A stretch of DNA of 63,685 bases, the filler included, from Neoconidiobolus thromboides FSU 785 (Eukaryota; Fungi; Entomophthoromycota): NCBI GenBank assembly GCA_025603075.1. It is 2 parts of 2 records of this genome, joined end to end, with 100 filler letters (N's around TTAATTAATTAA, not from the genome) between each part and the next. Parts side by side here need not be neighbours in the genome. Positions count along the whole stretch, not along the records: positions 1 to 31,739 come from MU626473.1; positions 31,840 to 63,685 come from MU626472.1. One strand, given 5' to 3'. This document shows, in pieces, positions 27,601-40,422 of the stretch. The notes beneath the pieces were generated by a model. It ran no database searches and was not told the DNA's origin. It was given only the letters and a program-made list of their open reading frames with translations. How positions within the stretch are numbered: position 1 is the first letter of the stretch; each line of letters begins with the position of its first letter. The position numbers were made by a program, and so were the translations under genes.

Positions 27601-30600
27601 GTGAAGTTAAATTAAAGAATAACGTAAAAATAGTTACATTTCGATCTCCATTAGTTATTGAAAATGCATCATTATTACCAATGGAAATGGTAGTAGTTGA
27701 CAGCTCAAAAAAACATTTATCTTCAATTACTATTATTCAACCTGGAGATCAATGTTCTGTACCAATTGAGTCAGCTTATCGATTTGGTTTATTGGTAAGG
27801 CCGCATTCTGGGTTTGGATATGATTGGTGTAATCAATATTTTTACTGGAGAGAGTTTTTAATTGATGCACCAGTAAATACGTTAATATGTCCATCTTTAG
27901 ATAAAGAAATTAGTCCATTTCATATACAAATTCATGGACAATTTAATGTTAAAGATCCAATGACAGTTAATTACCCTTGTATTACATTTAAATTATCAGC
28001 ACCAATGGAATTAGAAAACTTATTACCTTATGATTTAAGATTTAATTTTTATTGGAATAATAATCAAAATGAGTATAATAATTTTTTAAAAAGAGGCGGA
28101 ATATCACCTATTCATGAAGTTGATGTTAGGAAATCACTAGAAATGAGTTTGCAAGTCTGGGATACAGAATATCAATCGAGTAAAAGAATATTAATTAAAA
28201 ATCCCAACAAATCAATTTATGATAATAATAATAATAATAATCCAATAATTCAATTAATTGATAACAATGGAATGGAATTAATATTATTTACATCAATAAA
28301 ATCAATACCAAAGTCAGGTGGATCCTTTAAATTAAGTATTTATTGTCCTTATATATTATTAAACAAAACAGGAGTAGATATGTACTTTAAAACCAATAGT
28401 CATTCTAGACAGACTAGAATTGCTTCAGGTAATGATGATTTAAAAGGCAAAAAGATATTACCTCATATGTTTTCATATGGATTAAACGAAAATCGAAAAA
28501 GAGCTTTTGTTAAAATTGGGCAATCAGAGTGGAGTCATCCAGTATCCTTTGAAGCATCTGGTAGTGTTAGTGAATTAATATTAAAATCAATCGATCGACC
28601 AGAACAAATCCATTTAGGTGTTAGTATTGAAGATGGTTTAGGCAAATTTTGTTTTACAAGATTAGTTTCATTCACACCAAGATTTATTATAAAAAATAAT
28701 TTAAATACCAATATTAATTTTAGAGAATTTACAGCAACAACATCATCAATTGTTAGACCTAATGAAAGTACTCCATTATATTTTTTGTCTCAATTACAAA
28801 ATAAAATGTTAACAATTTGTTATCCTGGACTAAACAATTTATGGAGTGCTCCTTTCAAAATAGATACAGTAGGAAAAATTCATGTTCAATTAAGTAAAAT
28901 AAATTCAGGTATTGAATTAATTAAAGTAGATGTTCAATTGCAAGGAGCAACTATATTTATTATATTGGAAAAAGAAACTGGTAAATGGCCATTTAGAATT
29001 GAAAATATGACGGAAAGTAATGTAGTATTTTATCAAGCAGTTAATAGAGATAAAGTATTACCTGGATTTAAAGAACCCAATCGATATAAATTAGCTTGTG
29101 GTAAAGCAGTACCTTATTCTTGGGATTTCCCATCTGTTGAAGATAAAGTATTAAATATTGCAGTTGGACCAAGTATTCGTCAAATTGATTTTCAACAAAT
29201 TGGAGCATTAATGCCATTTAGATATCATTCTGATAAAGGCATGAAAATTATGTCAATTGATGTTATTGCAGAAGGTACAACTCAAGTGCTTAAGTTATCG
29301 AAATATATAGAAGCGGAATCATTATACAGACCAACTAGAATTAATTCGACATCTTCTATATTAAATAGAACTCAATCCCAATCCCAATCTCAATCCTCTT
29401 CTTCAGTAACAAGTAACAATAATAACAATAATAATCATGGGTTTGAAGTTATTGAAAAAGATGGTAAAGTATTATTTTTCTTTTCATTAAAATTAGAAGG
29501 AATTGGCATATCCGTAATTAATAAGCGACATCAAGAATTAATGTATTGTAGTTTAAAAGATATTGATTTAAAGTTTAAAGATTATTTATTATCCCAATCA
29601 TTAAAATTAATTATAAAATGGATACAAATTGATAATCAATTATTTGGTTCAATTTATCCTATATTATTATTTCCTACAGTAATTTCTAAATCAGGTAACG
29701 AATCTAATTTACATCCTACATTTCATATGGTATTATCAAGAGACAAAGATTTATCTCATGGAGTAGAATCTATTAAATATTTTACTATATTATTACAAGA
29801 AATGTCATTTGAAATTGATGAAGATTTCTTATATTCTTTATTGGATTTTGCCAAACATTGTCTACCTCAACCTAAACAAATTGAAAATGAAGAAGAAGAA
29901 TTATTTAATATTAACTTAGAAATACCTCAGCCAAGCGTTATTATTGAAGATACAAAAATTTATTTTTCATTATTACATATACAGCCATTAAAATTATCAT
30001 TATCTTTTATGAGAACAGAACATAATGACCCAGAGGATGTCCAACCTCAATCTTCTAATCCATTAAATTTTATTGTTAATGTATTAACTATGGCAATTGG
30101 TAGTATCAATGATGCACCTATTAAATTTAATTCATTAGTATTAGAAAATTTGTTAGCTGATTATTCAGTATTATTAGATCGATTGACATCTTATTATGGC
30201 CAAGAATTCATTTATCAAATTCATAAAATAGTTGGTTCAGCAGATGTTATTGGTAATCCTGTAGGCTTATTTAATAATTTAAGTTCAGGTGTTGTGGATA
30301 TCTTTTATGAGCCTTATCAAGGTTTTGTTATGAGTGATCGACCACAAGATTTTGGTATTGGATTAGCTAGAGGTACAGCTTCTTTCGTTAAAAAAACAGT
30401 TTTTGGATTGTCTGATTCCTTTTCTAAAATTACGGGTTCATTGGGCAAAGGATTAGCTGAAGTTACTATGGATAAAGCATTTATTGATCGAAGAAGATTA
30501 AATAAAACAAGAAATAAACCAAAACATGCATTGTATGGTGTGGCCCAAGGGGCCAATTCCTTGGGTTCCTCAGTGGCTAGTGGTATTTCTGGTGTTGTAT

Positions 30601-31175
30601 TACAACCTATTGAAGGTGCTGAAAGGGATGGTGTTAGTGGTTTTTTCCGTGGAGTAGGTAAAGGATTAGTTGGTGTTGTAGCTAAACCCATGGTAGGTGC
30701 ATTTGATTTAGTAAGTAATGTAGCAGAAGGTATTCGAAATACAACTACGGTATTTGATACTGATTCAATCGATCGAATTCGATTACCTCGTTATATTGCC
30801 CCAGATGGTATTTTAAGGCCCTATTCGTCCAGAGAAGCACTTGGTCAAAAATGGTTACAAGAATTTAAAGAAGGGAAATATTTTTCAGAAAAGTATTTGG
30901 CACATTATTCTATGAAAAATTCACAAACGGTGGTAATGTTGACGAGTAATCGAGTTTTACAGATTAAAGTGAGGAATTTGAGCTTGGATTGGGAATTGCC
31001 ATTTAGTGAATTGCAGTCTGTACAGACGGATGGGAATTCAATTACATTTATTTCCAAGTTTGGGGGTAAAAGACCATTTATTGAAATTCCAGAACAATCA
31101 AGTCGACGTTGGTTTGCTTCTAGAATTGATGAAGCATTTGATTTATATTTGTCAGCTCATAGACCAATGGAATGA
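21634..31175 (+). CDS. VPS13: VPS13 bridge-like lipid transfer protein (~3147 aa), 3 exons
   Basis: Chorein-N start [21 protein letters not shown]; introns at 21731-21774 and 21853-21906 give 9444 nt in frame. Also [11 protein letters not shown] repeats, an ATG2-C-like glycine-rich region and a C-terminal PH-like domain. Confidence 0.97.
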
Positions 31176-31739
31176 TTGAAAAGAGAGATTAAGAGATTTT
31201 ATGTTAACCTTAGTTTATTATGATATATGTATGCTGTTTTACTATTTTTTACTAGTATTAAAGGTTTTATCTTTATTTTTATATATTTTTTAAATTGATG
31301 AATTTAACTTATAAGTTTTTAATTGTAAAGTAAGAGCTGTTGACATGAGAATGTTCTTTATCAATTGTCCTTTTTTGCTATTTTTAAATTTAGAAATTGA
31401 TCAACCAGTATATTGTTCAAACATGAATATATTGGGGTTGTCTGAATTAATTTCATTATTTTATCCAATTTTTGAAAAAATTTGTATTTTAAAAACTTTG
31501 CTTAAAATTCTATAAAATCACATCTTTTATTAAAACAAAAGTACCCAAACACAGTTCTAAATCATTCTATTATAGCTCATACTGTAAGTTACTTGAATTT
31601 CTACTAGATCTTAAATACATGTTCTTATAAAGCTTAATTGAGAAATATTTATTATCAACTGCTTTATAACCAACATTGTAGATTTATTATCAAATAAATA
31701 AACTATTTTAATGCTATAATTACATTATTAATATATTGC

Positions 31740-31839
31740 NNNNNNNNNNNNNNNNNNNNNNNNNNNNNNNNNNNNNNNNNNNNTTAATTAATTAANNNNN
31801 NNNNNNNNNNNNNNNNNNNNNNNNNNNNNNNNNNNNNNN
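31740..31839. other. Assembly gap with artificial linker N44-TTAATTAATTAA-N44
   Basis: Exactly 100 nt and symmetric; the palindromic 12-mer gives stop codons in all six frames. Confidence 0.95.
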
Positions 31840-32141
31840 ATACTAATGTAAAACCTATGTAAAATACTATTAAGAAAACTTAGTGGCTTTATTAAATGTT
31901 CGAGATATCAGGTAATAATTCAGTTAAAAAGCCTCGAACTATTATACTCTGTAAACTCTTTTATACTCTGAAAAGTATAAATATCAAAATGAGAAGATAA
32001 TATTCTTTTGGATGGAGCTAGAAATTCTCATAACAAATCAAAATAAGAACATGGGATTGATTGTCTCTAAACTCGAGAACACAACAGCTTAGGCGATTGT
32101 TATGTTATAATTAACCATGGGACTGACAAAGCGATATTTCA

Positions 32142-32242
32142 CATAGGAGTGTTTTTTTTGGCTTCTGCTTTTTCCATCTTTTAAGAATTATTTGGGGGGG
32201 AATTATTGGTAAAATTCTTAAGCACAAAAATATACCTTATAT
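32142..32242 (+). mobile_element. MITE-like element, copy 5 (A, degenerate)
   Basis: CATAGGAGTGTTTTTTTTGGCTTC...TTTTTCCATCTTTTAAG...GGTAAAATTCTTAAGCACAAAAATATACCTTATAT. Confidence 0.7.
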
Positions 32243-32480
32243 GCAGAAAATCGTTTAATAATTTAATATTTAAAAAACCTCTATTTAAAAAAATTAATAT
32301 ATAAGTAGATACAGGAAATCATTTTAAGTTTCAAAAGTTCTTACGTGTTTGAAAAAAATCATTTTATAAATAATAGTTTAAACTTTAATTTTTTTGCTAA
32401 GTGTTATAAAGTATAGTTAATAAACATTTTAAAAAATTTTCAGTAAAAAAATGACCTTAAACCATTAGGTAAAATAAAAG

Positions 32481-32586
32481 ATATGGAGATGTATTTTTGT
32501 ATTTGAGAATTTTACTAACAATTTTTCCACTCAAATAGTGCTTAAAAGATATAAAAAATAATGAAGCCAAAAAAACATCCCCATAT
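32481..32586 (-). mobile_element. MITE-like element, copy 6 (B)
   Basis: ATATGGAGATGTATTTTTGTATTTGAGAATTTTACTAAC...CCACTCAAATAGTGCTTAAAAGAT...ACATCCCCATAT. Confidence 0.85.
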
Positions 32587-33458
32587 AAATTTGTAATAAA
32601 ATAATTTAACGCTGTATTAAGTATTTTTGCTTTTTAATAAAGAATTTATTTTCATAGAATTTTAGGTGAAGTTTGTAAGATATAAAATATCTAAAAATTA
32701 GATAAAAAATGAAACCAATTTGGACATCCCTATACAGTTTGATTTGAGAATGGAAATATTTTATCCTTTAAAAAAACAATAAACATCACAAATAATATTA
32801 GTATTAATTGTTATTACTGGGAAATATAATTAATACTCACAACTTTTTTTATTTTAATTTGTTATGCTTATAAAAGTAATAATATACTTAAATAACTAAA
32901 AATTAGAAAGTTGAAATTTTTAACATGTCAACTGTTGAGATCTTAAAAATTTTAATATAAATTTATCTATAATTAGTAATTAAAATTAAAATTGAAATTT
33001 CATAGGATAATGAAATATAAATTAATATATAATCTTGCTATTGATCATTAGTTGGAAATAAATTAATTTTTGAAGTTAGATTTTCAAAATTCCAGCACAG
33101 TTTTTGACCTATTGCTTTAGCTAAATATTTGATTAATTTGTTTGCCAAGTGTTTAATTTTATTTTTAATTATTTATCAGACACTTGAATTCCATATTTGG
33201 CTACATATTGTTCCAATCGAAAGTAGAATTTCAAATAAATTGAAAATGAAACAAGTACGCTATTCAACCAATCAAAAAGATCAAAACTTAGGACTAACTC
33301 AATCAAAACCAATAAAAAAAATTACGTATTTCTTCTTGTGATAAATCAGATGAGGAGCAAGTGGGAAATGATTGGATGTAAAAGAAGGAGACGCTAATTA
33401 AAATAAAATAAAATGGGATAAAAAGAAATTTGAAGTTAATTTTTTACTAAAATAAAAG

Positions 33459-35181
33459 ATGAAAACAGACTATAAGGTTGGCGAAAAGGTTTGGGCTAAA
33501 TTAAAAGGATATCCTTGGTGGCCTGCAAGAGTAATTTTTTTATTTTATTAGTGAAATTGTTATTTTTTCTCTCGTTTAGTTTTTGTTTGAGCTTTTAATT
33601 TTGTATTTTTAATTCTTGATTTACTTTTTAGATTGAAGATGAAGCTAATTTACCTAAAAAAGTATTAAGTAAGAAACCAAAAAATCATAGTATAGCTGTA
33701 TGGGCGGTTTTTTTTTATGGTTCAAGAGATTAGTAAGTTATTAGTTGATAAAAAGATAATAATAATTAATAAAATTAGTGGTTGGTTTAATAAAGATAAT
33801 TTAAGAGATTTTGACGATCACTTTGAAGAATATAAAACTCCAGCCAGAAAAACAAATTTATTTACCGAAGCTTTAAAGCAAGCGCAGGATCCAGCTGTAC
33901 TGCAAAAAATTATCGAGGATGAGGAAAAGCTAAAGGAAGATGACCCTGAAGAAGAAGAAGAAGAAAAGAAAGAAAAATCAAAGAAAGAAAAGGTAGTTAA
34001 GAGAAAATCATCGAAAGTGGATATCAAATCTGTTAAAAAAGCTATTCAACCTCCCCCCAATCCCTTGAAAAGTCATACGATGGAAACTAGAACCTCTAGT
34101 AGGTTTAATAAGCCTCCTAAAGAAAATCCTTTCCCTGATCTAGTAATCTTTATTTTTATACCATTTACATTAAATTAATTCTTTTTTTTAGACTGGCCTT
34201 AGTAATTTAGATGGTAGTTAATTATAATATAGCTTTAATTTTTTGTTAAATCTTGATTTTTTAGCACTAAGGAGCCTTCGTCAAGCATTACAAAAAGCTA
34301 CCCTTAAAAACAACTACGAAGTAATCATTTTGATCAATAATAGTGGTAAATAATAATAGACATTCATATAGGATACATTTTTGGTTGATAAAATCATTTA
34401 TGAACTTGAACAATCTAGGGCATTAATTGAAGATGTATTAGTAAGTCTATTACTTAAGAGCTCAAATAGGATAGAAGATAATGATTTTTATTAGGAATCT
34501 AAAATTTCCAAATTAATACGCCACCTTTTAGCTCAGCCAATCCCAACTTCTCGATTCAATTTTAAAAGGAGACTTACTGACTTAGTATTGAAATATAAGA
34601 ACCAAAAGAATAATAACAATAATGGTATTCTAAATGCAACTACTATAGAAGAAAAGAAAAGACTCATTCAAGAAAAGTTGGATAAAGCTGATACAGGTAA
34701 CTTGTAATACAATTATCAAAAATTAAGATCTAACATTATTAAAGTCAAAGGCGCAAATAAGGATGATATCAAACCTGAAGTAAAAAAGGATGATATTAAG
34801 AAAGACAGCGATGAAGAAAAAGAAACAAGTAATAAAGAAGAGGAAAACAGTGAAAAAGAAAAAGACATTGAAGAAAAAGAAACCAAAGAAAAAGAGGTTG
34901 AAAAAAAGGAGACCGAAGAAAAAAAAGCTGAAGAAAAAGAAATTGAAAAAAAAGAAACTGATGGAAAAGAAATCAACGAAAAAGTAGTTGATGAAAAAGA
35001 AGTCGAAGAGAAGGAGGAGATTAAACCAAAAATAAATGGACAAGACAAAAAAGAAAACCATAACCATGAAATAAATAATGTTGAGAAAAATGGAAATGCA
35101 AAAGAAGATAAGCAGGATAATTCAACTAATAAATCAGTAGATAAAGAAGATAGTAGTGGCTCTAGTATTACAAAGGACTAA
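33459..35181 (+). CDS. PWWP-domain chromatin reader with a helical (TFIIS-N/IBD-like) region and an E/K-rich tail
   Basis: YKVGEKVWAKLKGYPWWPAR, VFFYGSRDY and LRSLRQALQKA motifs; about 7 short introns. Confidence 0.85.
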
Positions 35182-35355
35182 GTTTTTTATTTTCAATTAA
35201 TAATAAGATAATCAAAAAATAAATCTTATTATTTAACTCTCTCTTTTTCTGTAATCCCCTCATTTTATTTTTTTAATTTCTTATTCCATTAAAGCAAATT
35301 AAAACATATACATAAGAAAATCATAATTTTTACAGTTTTTATTACTTTATTGATA

Positions 35356-36778
35356 CTATTGATTAAATAAATCTTTATACTCCTGCCTAAGTTGATTAAA
35401 AGTGCTCGTAATCCTCTGCTTTATAACTTCAATTTTATAATCTTTATCATGTTGTAGTCTTTGGACTTTACCATTTTTGATATCTGGGGATATAAAAGTA
35501 CTCATTCTTTTGTGTACTCTTTTAAACTCAAGCTAATTCAACTATTAGCATATAACTACTAGATTATACAAAATACAACTTACCCTTTTTGATTCAATAT
35601 CTAGAGATTCATTGTCTACATTAATACAATAATACTGATATAAATGATTGATCCAAAAGTTAGTATATGTTTTCTCATTTTCGCCCTGAATAATAGGGCA
35701 GAAGTCTCGATGCTGAATATCTAAATTTAAATTAGGCTTGTTTAATTTAGCATTGACAGCACCTAAAAATGAAACATTATAATATAAAACTAAAATTAAA
35801 CGACTTACTTCTATAGACCTTTTTTTGATCGAAATTCCATAATCCTAGTTTACGATGACATAACCAACATTGTAAGCTACCTTTTAAAACTTGGCTCTTT
35901 TTTTCAATTATTGGGTACCATCCAGATAAGCATATTAATACTTCAGTCATACTTAATTCCATATTGAATTCTTTTTTTAACGCTTCAATTAAACTATCAC
36001 TGTTAACCATATCGCTCTATATGTTAATGTCTATTTGCTTAATAATTAAACATTATGAATCTTACTATCGTATAAGTTAAGCTAATTTTAAATTGACTTA
36101 AATAAGGTTGAATCAACTGAATATGAAATTTAAATTGAGTTAAAAAACTATTGATTGGAACAATGGGTATTTGATACACGCTAATATCAGTTTGAATAAA
36201 TCTCCAAGGGCATTCGAGATTATGAGATTGCACTAGTAGTTCATTTGAGAATCCTTTAGATCCATCGATAACATTGTCACAAAAAGTACAAGTTAACTCG
36301 TTTTTTTTAGTATTGATATAACCATTACAAGCACATACAACTGGGCTTAAATTATTAGCTGGCTTCCAAGTTAATAACTTATAGCTGTTTAATCGCTCTA
36401 ATAAATCCAATAGACTCCAGCTACGAAATTTAATCTTTTCTGTTAGCTTCAGGTTTTTTAGATATTCTTGTTCTAAGTAGAAAGGGCCCAAGAATCTATA
36501 AATAGTATTATTAAAGAAAAGTATCATATTGCTTTTTTACCATACCTTCCTTCTTCATCAAAGTATTTATCTTTATCCTTAATCTCTTTAATTTCCTTTT
36601 CTTTTTTCAGTTGATAGCTTTCAATGATACTATCCTTAACACTCTTCGGTAAAAAGTGAAACTCTTTTATCTGATTAATAATGTGTTTGTTATCTTGCTT
36701 ATCATCCTTTTCAACTTGGTGGTATTTTCTTATCACTTGCTCAACTCGATACTCGTCGACAATTGTTATGTCTTGCAT
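35356..36778 (-). CDS. C3HC zinc-finger nuclear-basket protein (NIPA/Rsm1/Pml39 family)
   Basis: LLERLNSY, CACNGY...CTFC...HNLECPW (zf-C3HC) and a second module CWLCHRKLGLW...HRDFCP. Confidence 0.85.
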
Positions 36779-37178
36779 TTAATTTTGATTTTGAAAAAAA
36801 ATAAAACTAGATTATTTAATTTTAATACTTTAAGCTTGAACTTTTGAGTTCCAATTGAATAAAAAAGTTTCAATACCAAAAATATATTTTTATAAAAAGT
36901 GAAAATAAATTATTAAGCATTAACTTCATCTTATAAACTATGTAATTATACAAATACCAAGCGTCTATCTAGTACAAATTTATTATGTATATATTTGTCC
37001 TTCATATATTGCCACCTCATTGTATATTTTTTTTATGATTAAAATTTATAGTAAAAAAAGGGCATTTAATTGGTTAAAGCCAGCAGAATCAAAGTACTCA
37101 TTCTTAAACTCCCATTAAAAAGCAAAGTTTATTACGAATAGAAAAAAATCAATTTTAGTTTTATATTTTCATCTAAAA

Positions 37179-39017
37179 ATGCTTTGTACTAGTAAGTAGA
37201 ATAATACACATATTGATAACATTATACTAACAAAAATAAAAGTAAGCGGAGAGATTCCATCGGAACCAGTCATATCAATAAAAAGTGGACAAATTTATGA
37301 AAAGTCATTAATTGAAAAATATCTTCCAAATAACCAGTTTAAAGAACCTATTACAAACTATGAGATTTCTTTAGAAGACTTAATCCCAGTAAAACAAAGT
37401 AGTTTTTTAGTTATTTGATTTATATAATTCATACTAAACTATATCTATTTTCTAGGTAATAATTTACCACCTAGACCACCAACAATGAGTTCAATTCCAT
37501 CTTTACTTTCTGTATTTCAAAACGAGTGGGACTCTGTAATGTTAGAGGTGTTTACTTTGAAACAACAATACCAACAAGTTAGACAGCAACTTAGTCATGC
37601 TTTATATCAAAACGACGCTTCTGCTAGGGTCATTGCCCGTCTTATTAAGGAACGTGACGAAGCTAGAAAGTAAGAAATGGCCTTGTTTTTTAAATATAAT
37701 TTAATAATTTTTTTAGAGCTTTAACTGAAATTAATGAAACAATTGGAGCACAACCTATTCATGGTAAATGGAATTGAAAAGAGAAAATATTAGTTTAAGT
37801 AATTTAATCATTTTATTTTAGTTGAAACAAATGGTTCTGAACAACAAGAAATTGGACTTAGTGAAGAAATCGTTCAAGCTATTCAATCAAAGAGTGAAGA
37901 GTAAATTAACACTTAACTAAGATGAATATAATATTAATTCATATTATAGACTTTCAAAACAACGTAAAAAACGAGCCACTCCAGAAGGTATGGCTTCACC
38001 AGACCAAATTGCTTCATTTACTCAAATTAAAGCTATCAACTCTTTACATTCAAAGGAAATTGTTGGTATCAATTCAGTACAATTCATGGACGGTTATATA
38101 GCCACTGGAGGCAATGATGGTAAAGTACAAATATACAACGTAGCTGAAGATACATTAGTATATGGATTTGAAGCTGCACAAAATAAAATAAAATCTATTG
38201 TTTGGTGTGATGAAACAAAGAGAATATTTGCTATTTCTGAAACCAGTCACAATGTTGTATGCTGGAACCCAATAGCTCAAGATAATTTTAGTGAATGGAC
38301 TGTTGCCGGTGAATTGCCAGGGCATAATGGCCAAATCACTTCTTTTTCTTTAAACCCTATACGTAAATACGGAGCTTCTACTTCCCTTGATGGTACCTGG
38401 CGTCTAATTGATACTTTTACTGGAGAAGCAATTGTTACATTCAATAATTCAGATAAGTTTGGTGAGTTATTTGTAAGTCATAGAAAATATATATTAATAT
38501 TAATTAGGGTATACTTGTGGAGCTTTCCATCCAGATGGTGTTTATTTTGCTACTGGAACTGAAAACTCAGTAGTACAGATTTGGGATGTCAGTAAAAAAA
38601 CGAAAGTAATAGATTTTGAAGGACATACTGGAGCTGTAACTTCGATTTCATTTTCAGAAAATGGGTAATTTAATTTATATGTATATAAGCTAATTTATTG
38701 ATTGTTCTTATAGTTACTATTTAGCAACCACCTCCGAATCAAATGAATGTAAATTATGGGATCTTCGTAAACTAAATAATTTCAAAACAATCCAGTTACC
38801 AGCCACAGTTTCCAAAGCTAAATTTGATCAACATGGTCTCTATTTAGCTGTGTTAAGCGAAGAGCAAGTGGCTATCTTTAAAAATAAGTCTTGGAGTGAA
38901 CCATTGGTTACTCTACAAGCGCCCGCTACAGATTTACAATTTAGCCCTCTTAGTGATAATGTGTTAACGGTGAGCAAAGGGGAAGCTGGGGTACATATCT
39001 TTGGCAATAAGAATTAA
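37179..39017 (+). CDS. PRP19: U-box + WD40 splicing factor PRP19, multi-exon
   Basis: [71 protein letters not shown] and WDLRKL motifs. Confidence 0.96.
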
Positions 39018-39367
39018 AAAATAGGCTATAATTGAAGTGATGAAATTTTTATATTTTAGTATTTGAACAATTTATTGATCTTTATTTTTTAAATATTTAA
39101 CATTATTTAAAACTATCATTATAGTTATTAGAACAGTGCGTACTTTATACCACATGATTTTATTATCGTTCCTAATATTCTAACTTGTAAAGTGATCTAA
39201 GTCAAAATACTGAATGATTGTTATTAACATATATTCTACTTCTAATAGTATACATACCAGATTCTTTGAATATAGTTTTCGAATAAACATTAACGAATTT
39301 TGATTGGGAGATTATTTACTTAAAATTATATTTCCTACTATTACTTTTTTTCAAAATATAAATAAAA

Positions 39368-40383
39368 ATGCACAATTGCGATGCAATATGGAACCAAAGG
39401 GATCTTAAAATGCCAGTAAAGAAAGACTCGGTACCAAAGGAAGAAGGAAACCCAAATAAAAGTAAAAGAGAGAATATATATTTACCACTGTCTACTTACT
39501 TATAAATATAGCATTCCAGCTATTTTCATTTAAAAAGTTAAGCCAACATTTATTAAAATTACAAAAAAAGGAGTTATACATTGAGATTTATGTGTTATCT
39601 AGAATCTATTATAAAAATTTCAATCAGCATAGGGCTACCACTCATTTTAAAATGTTCAGAAAAGTAAGTTTATAAGCATTTGATATTTTATCAAATAAAT
39701 TAACTTTCTGTTCTTAGTTTTTTACTCTGTTAAAAAGGATAGATGAAATGAAGCTAAAACAGTTTAGTAAAGAACTTCTAAGTCGCTTTTATAACTCTAA
39801 AAGGTAAATTTATATTCTATAGATTTTGGTATTCATGTTTGATATTTTATAGTCAAAAAAAAGTAAAAGAATCTTGGACTCATTTACCAGATCCAGAATT
39901 TTTAAAATATTCTTTGATTAAATTAACTGGTGCTTACCATTTAATTCAAGCAACTTTTGAAGCCATACCTCCTGTTTATAAGTAAAATTTATAAAATTTC
40001 ATTTTAATAGTTAATTTACTTCATTTTTATAGTGGATTTAACCTATTAGTACAGAAGATTGATTTTGTAGCTTTGAGTTTAGCTGTTTTAGCTTCAATTT
40101 CTAGGATCCATTGTTTACTTAAAACTTTGCGAAAGGATTTGGTAATTAGCTTGAATCTTGTAACTTCGCTAGCTGAATATTATAAAGTAAGAGTCTACCC
40201 ATTAAATATATTATTTTATTAACTACTGTTATAGACACCTATCAAACTGCCTAAAAAATACAATTTAATCACTTTTAGTAAGCTGGAGATTGAAGAGTAA
40301 ACTTATCACTATTATTTCTTATTTTTGACTAAAATTTAATATTAAGGCTAGAAAAAGAAGACAATGAGCAAGAGCGTGTATAG
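39368..40383 (+). CDS. RMP1: RNase MRP subunit Rmp1/NEPRO-like (DUF4477); missed by the ORF track
   Basis: Spliced segments EIYVLSRIYYKNFNQHRATTHFKMFRK and FVALSLAVLASISRIH match the recalled Nepro/Rmp1 pattern. The 3' end is uncertain (40300 or 40383). Confidence 0.7.
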
Positions 40384-40422
40384 AAAATTAAAGTTTATTA
40401 ATAAAAATAAAAAGTTCCAGAC

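Noticed and set aside
28218-29437. Poly-Asn and (QS)n tracts in VPS13
   Set aside because: Ordinary low-complexity loop insertions typical of AT-rich genomes.
34716-35067. Antisense Phe/Ser-rich ORFs (also 42077-42616, 30317-30691, 47159-47539, 5948-6364, 8909-9283)
   Set aside because: These are shadows of E/K-rich or codon-biased coding sequence on the opposite strand or in other frames.
3246-40383. Functional clustering of NTC splicing genes (SLT11, PRP19) and ribosome-biogenesis genes (RIO1, ARB1, RMP1)
   Set aside because: They are interspersed over 37 kb, with unrelated genes and an artificial gap between them; these are large functional classes and chance is sufficient.
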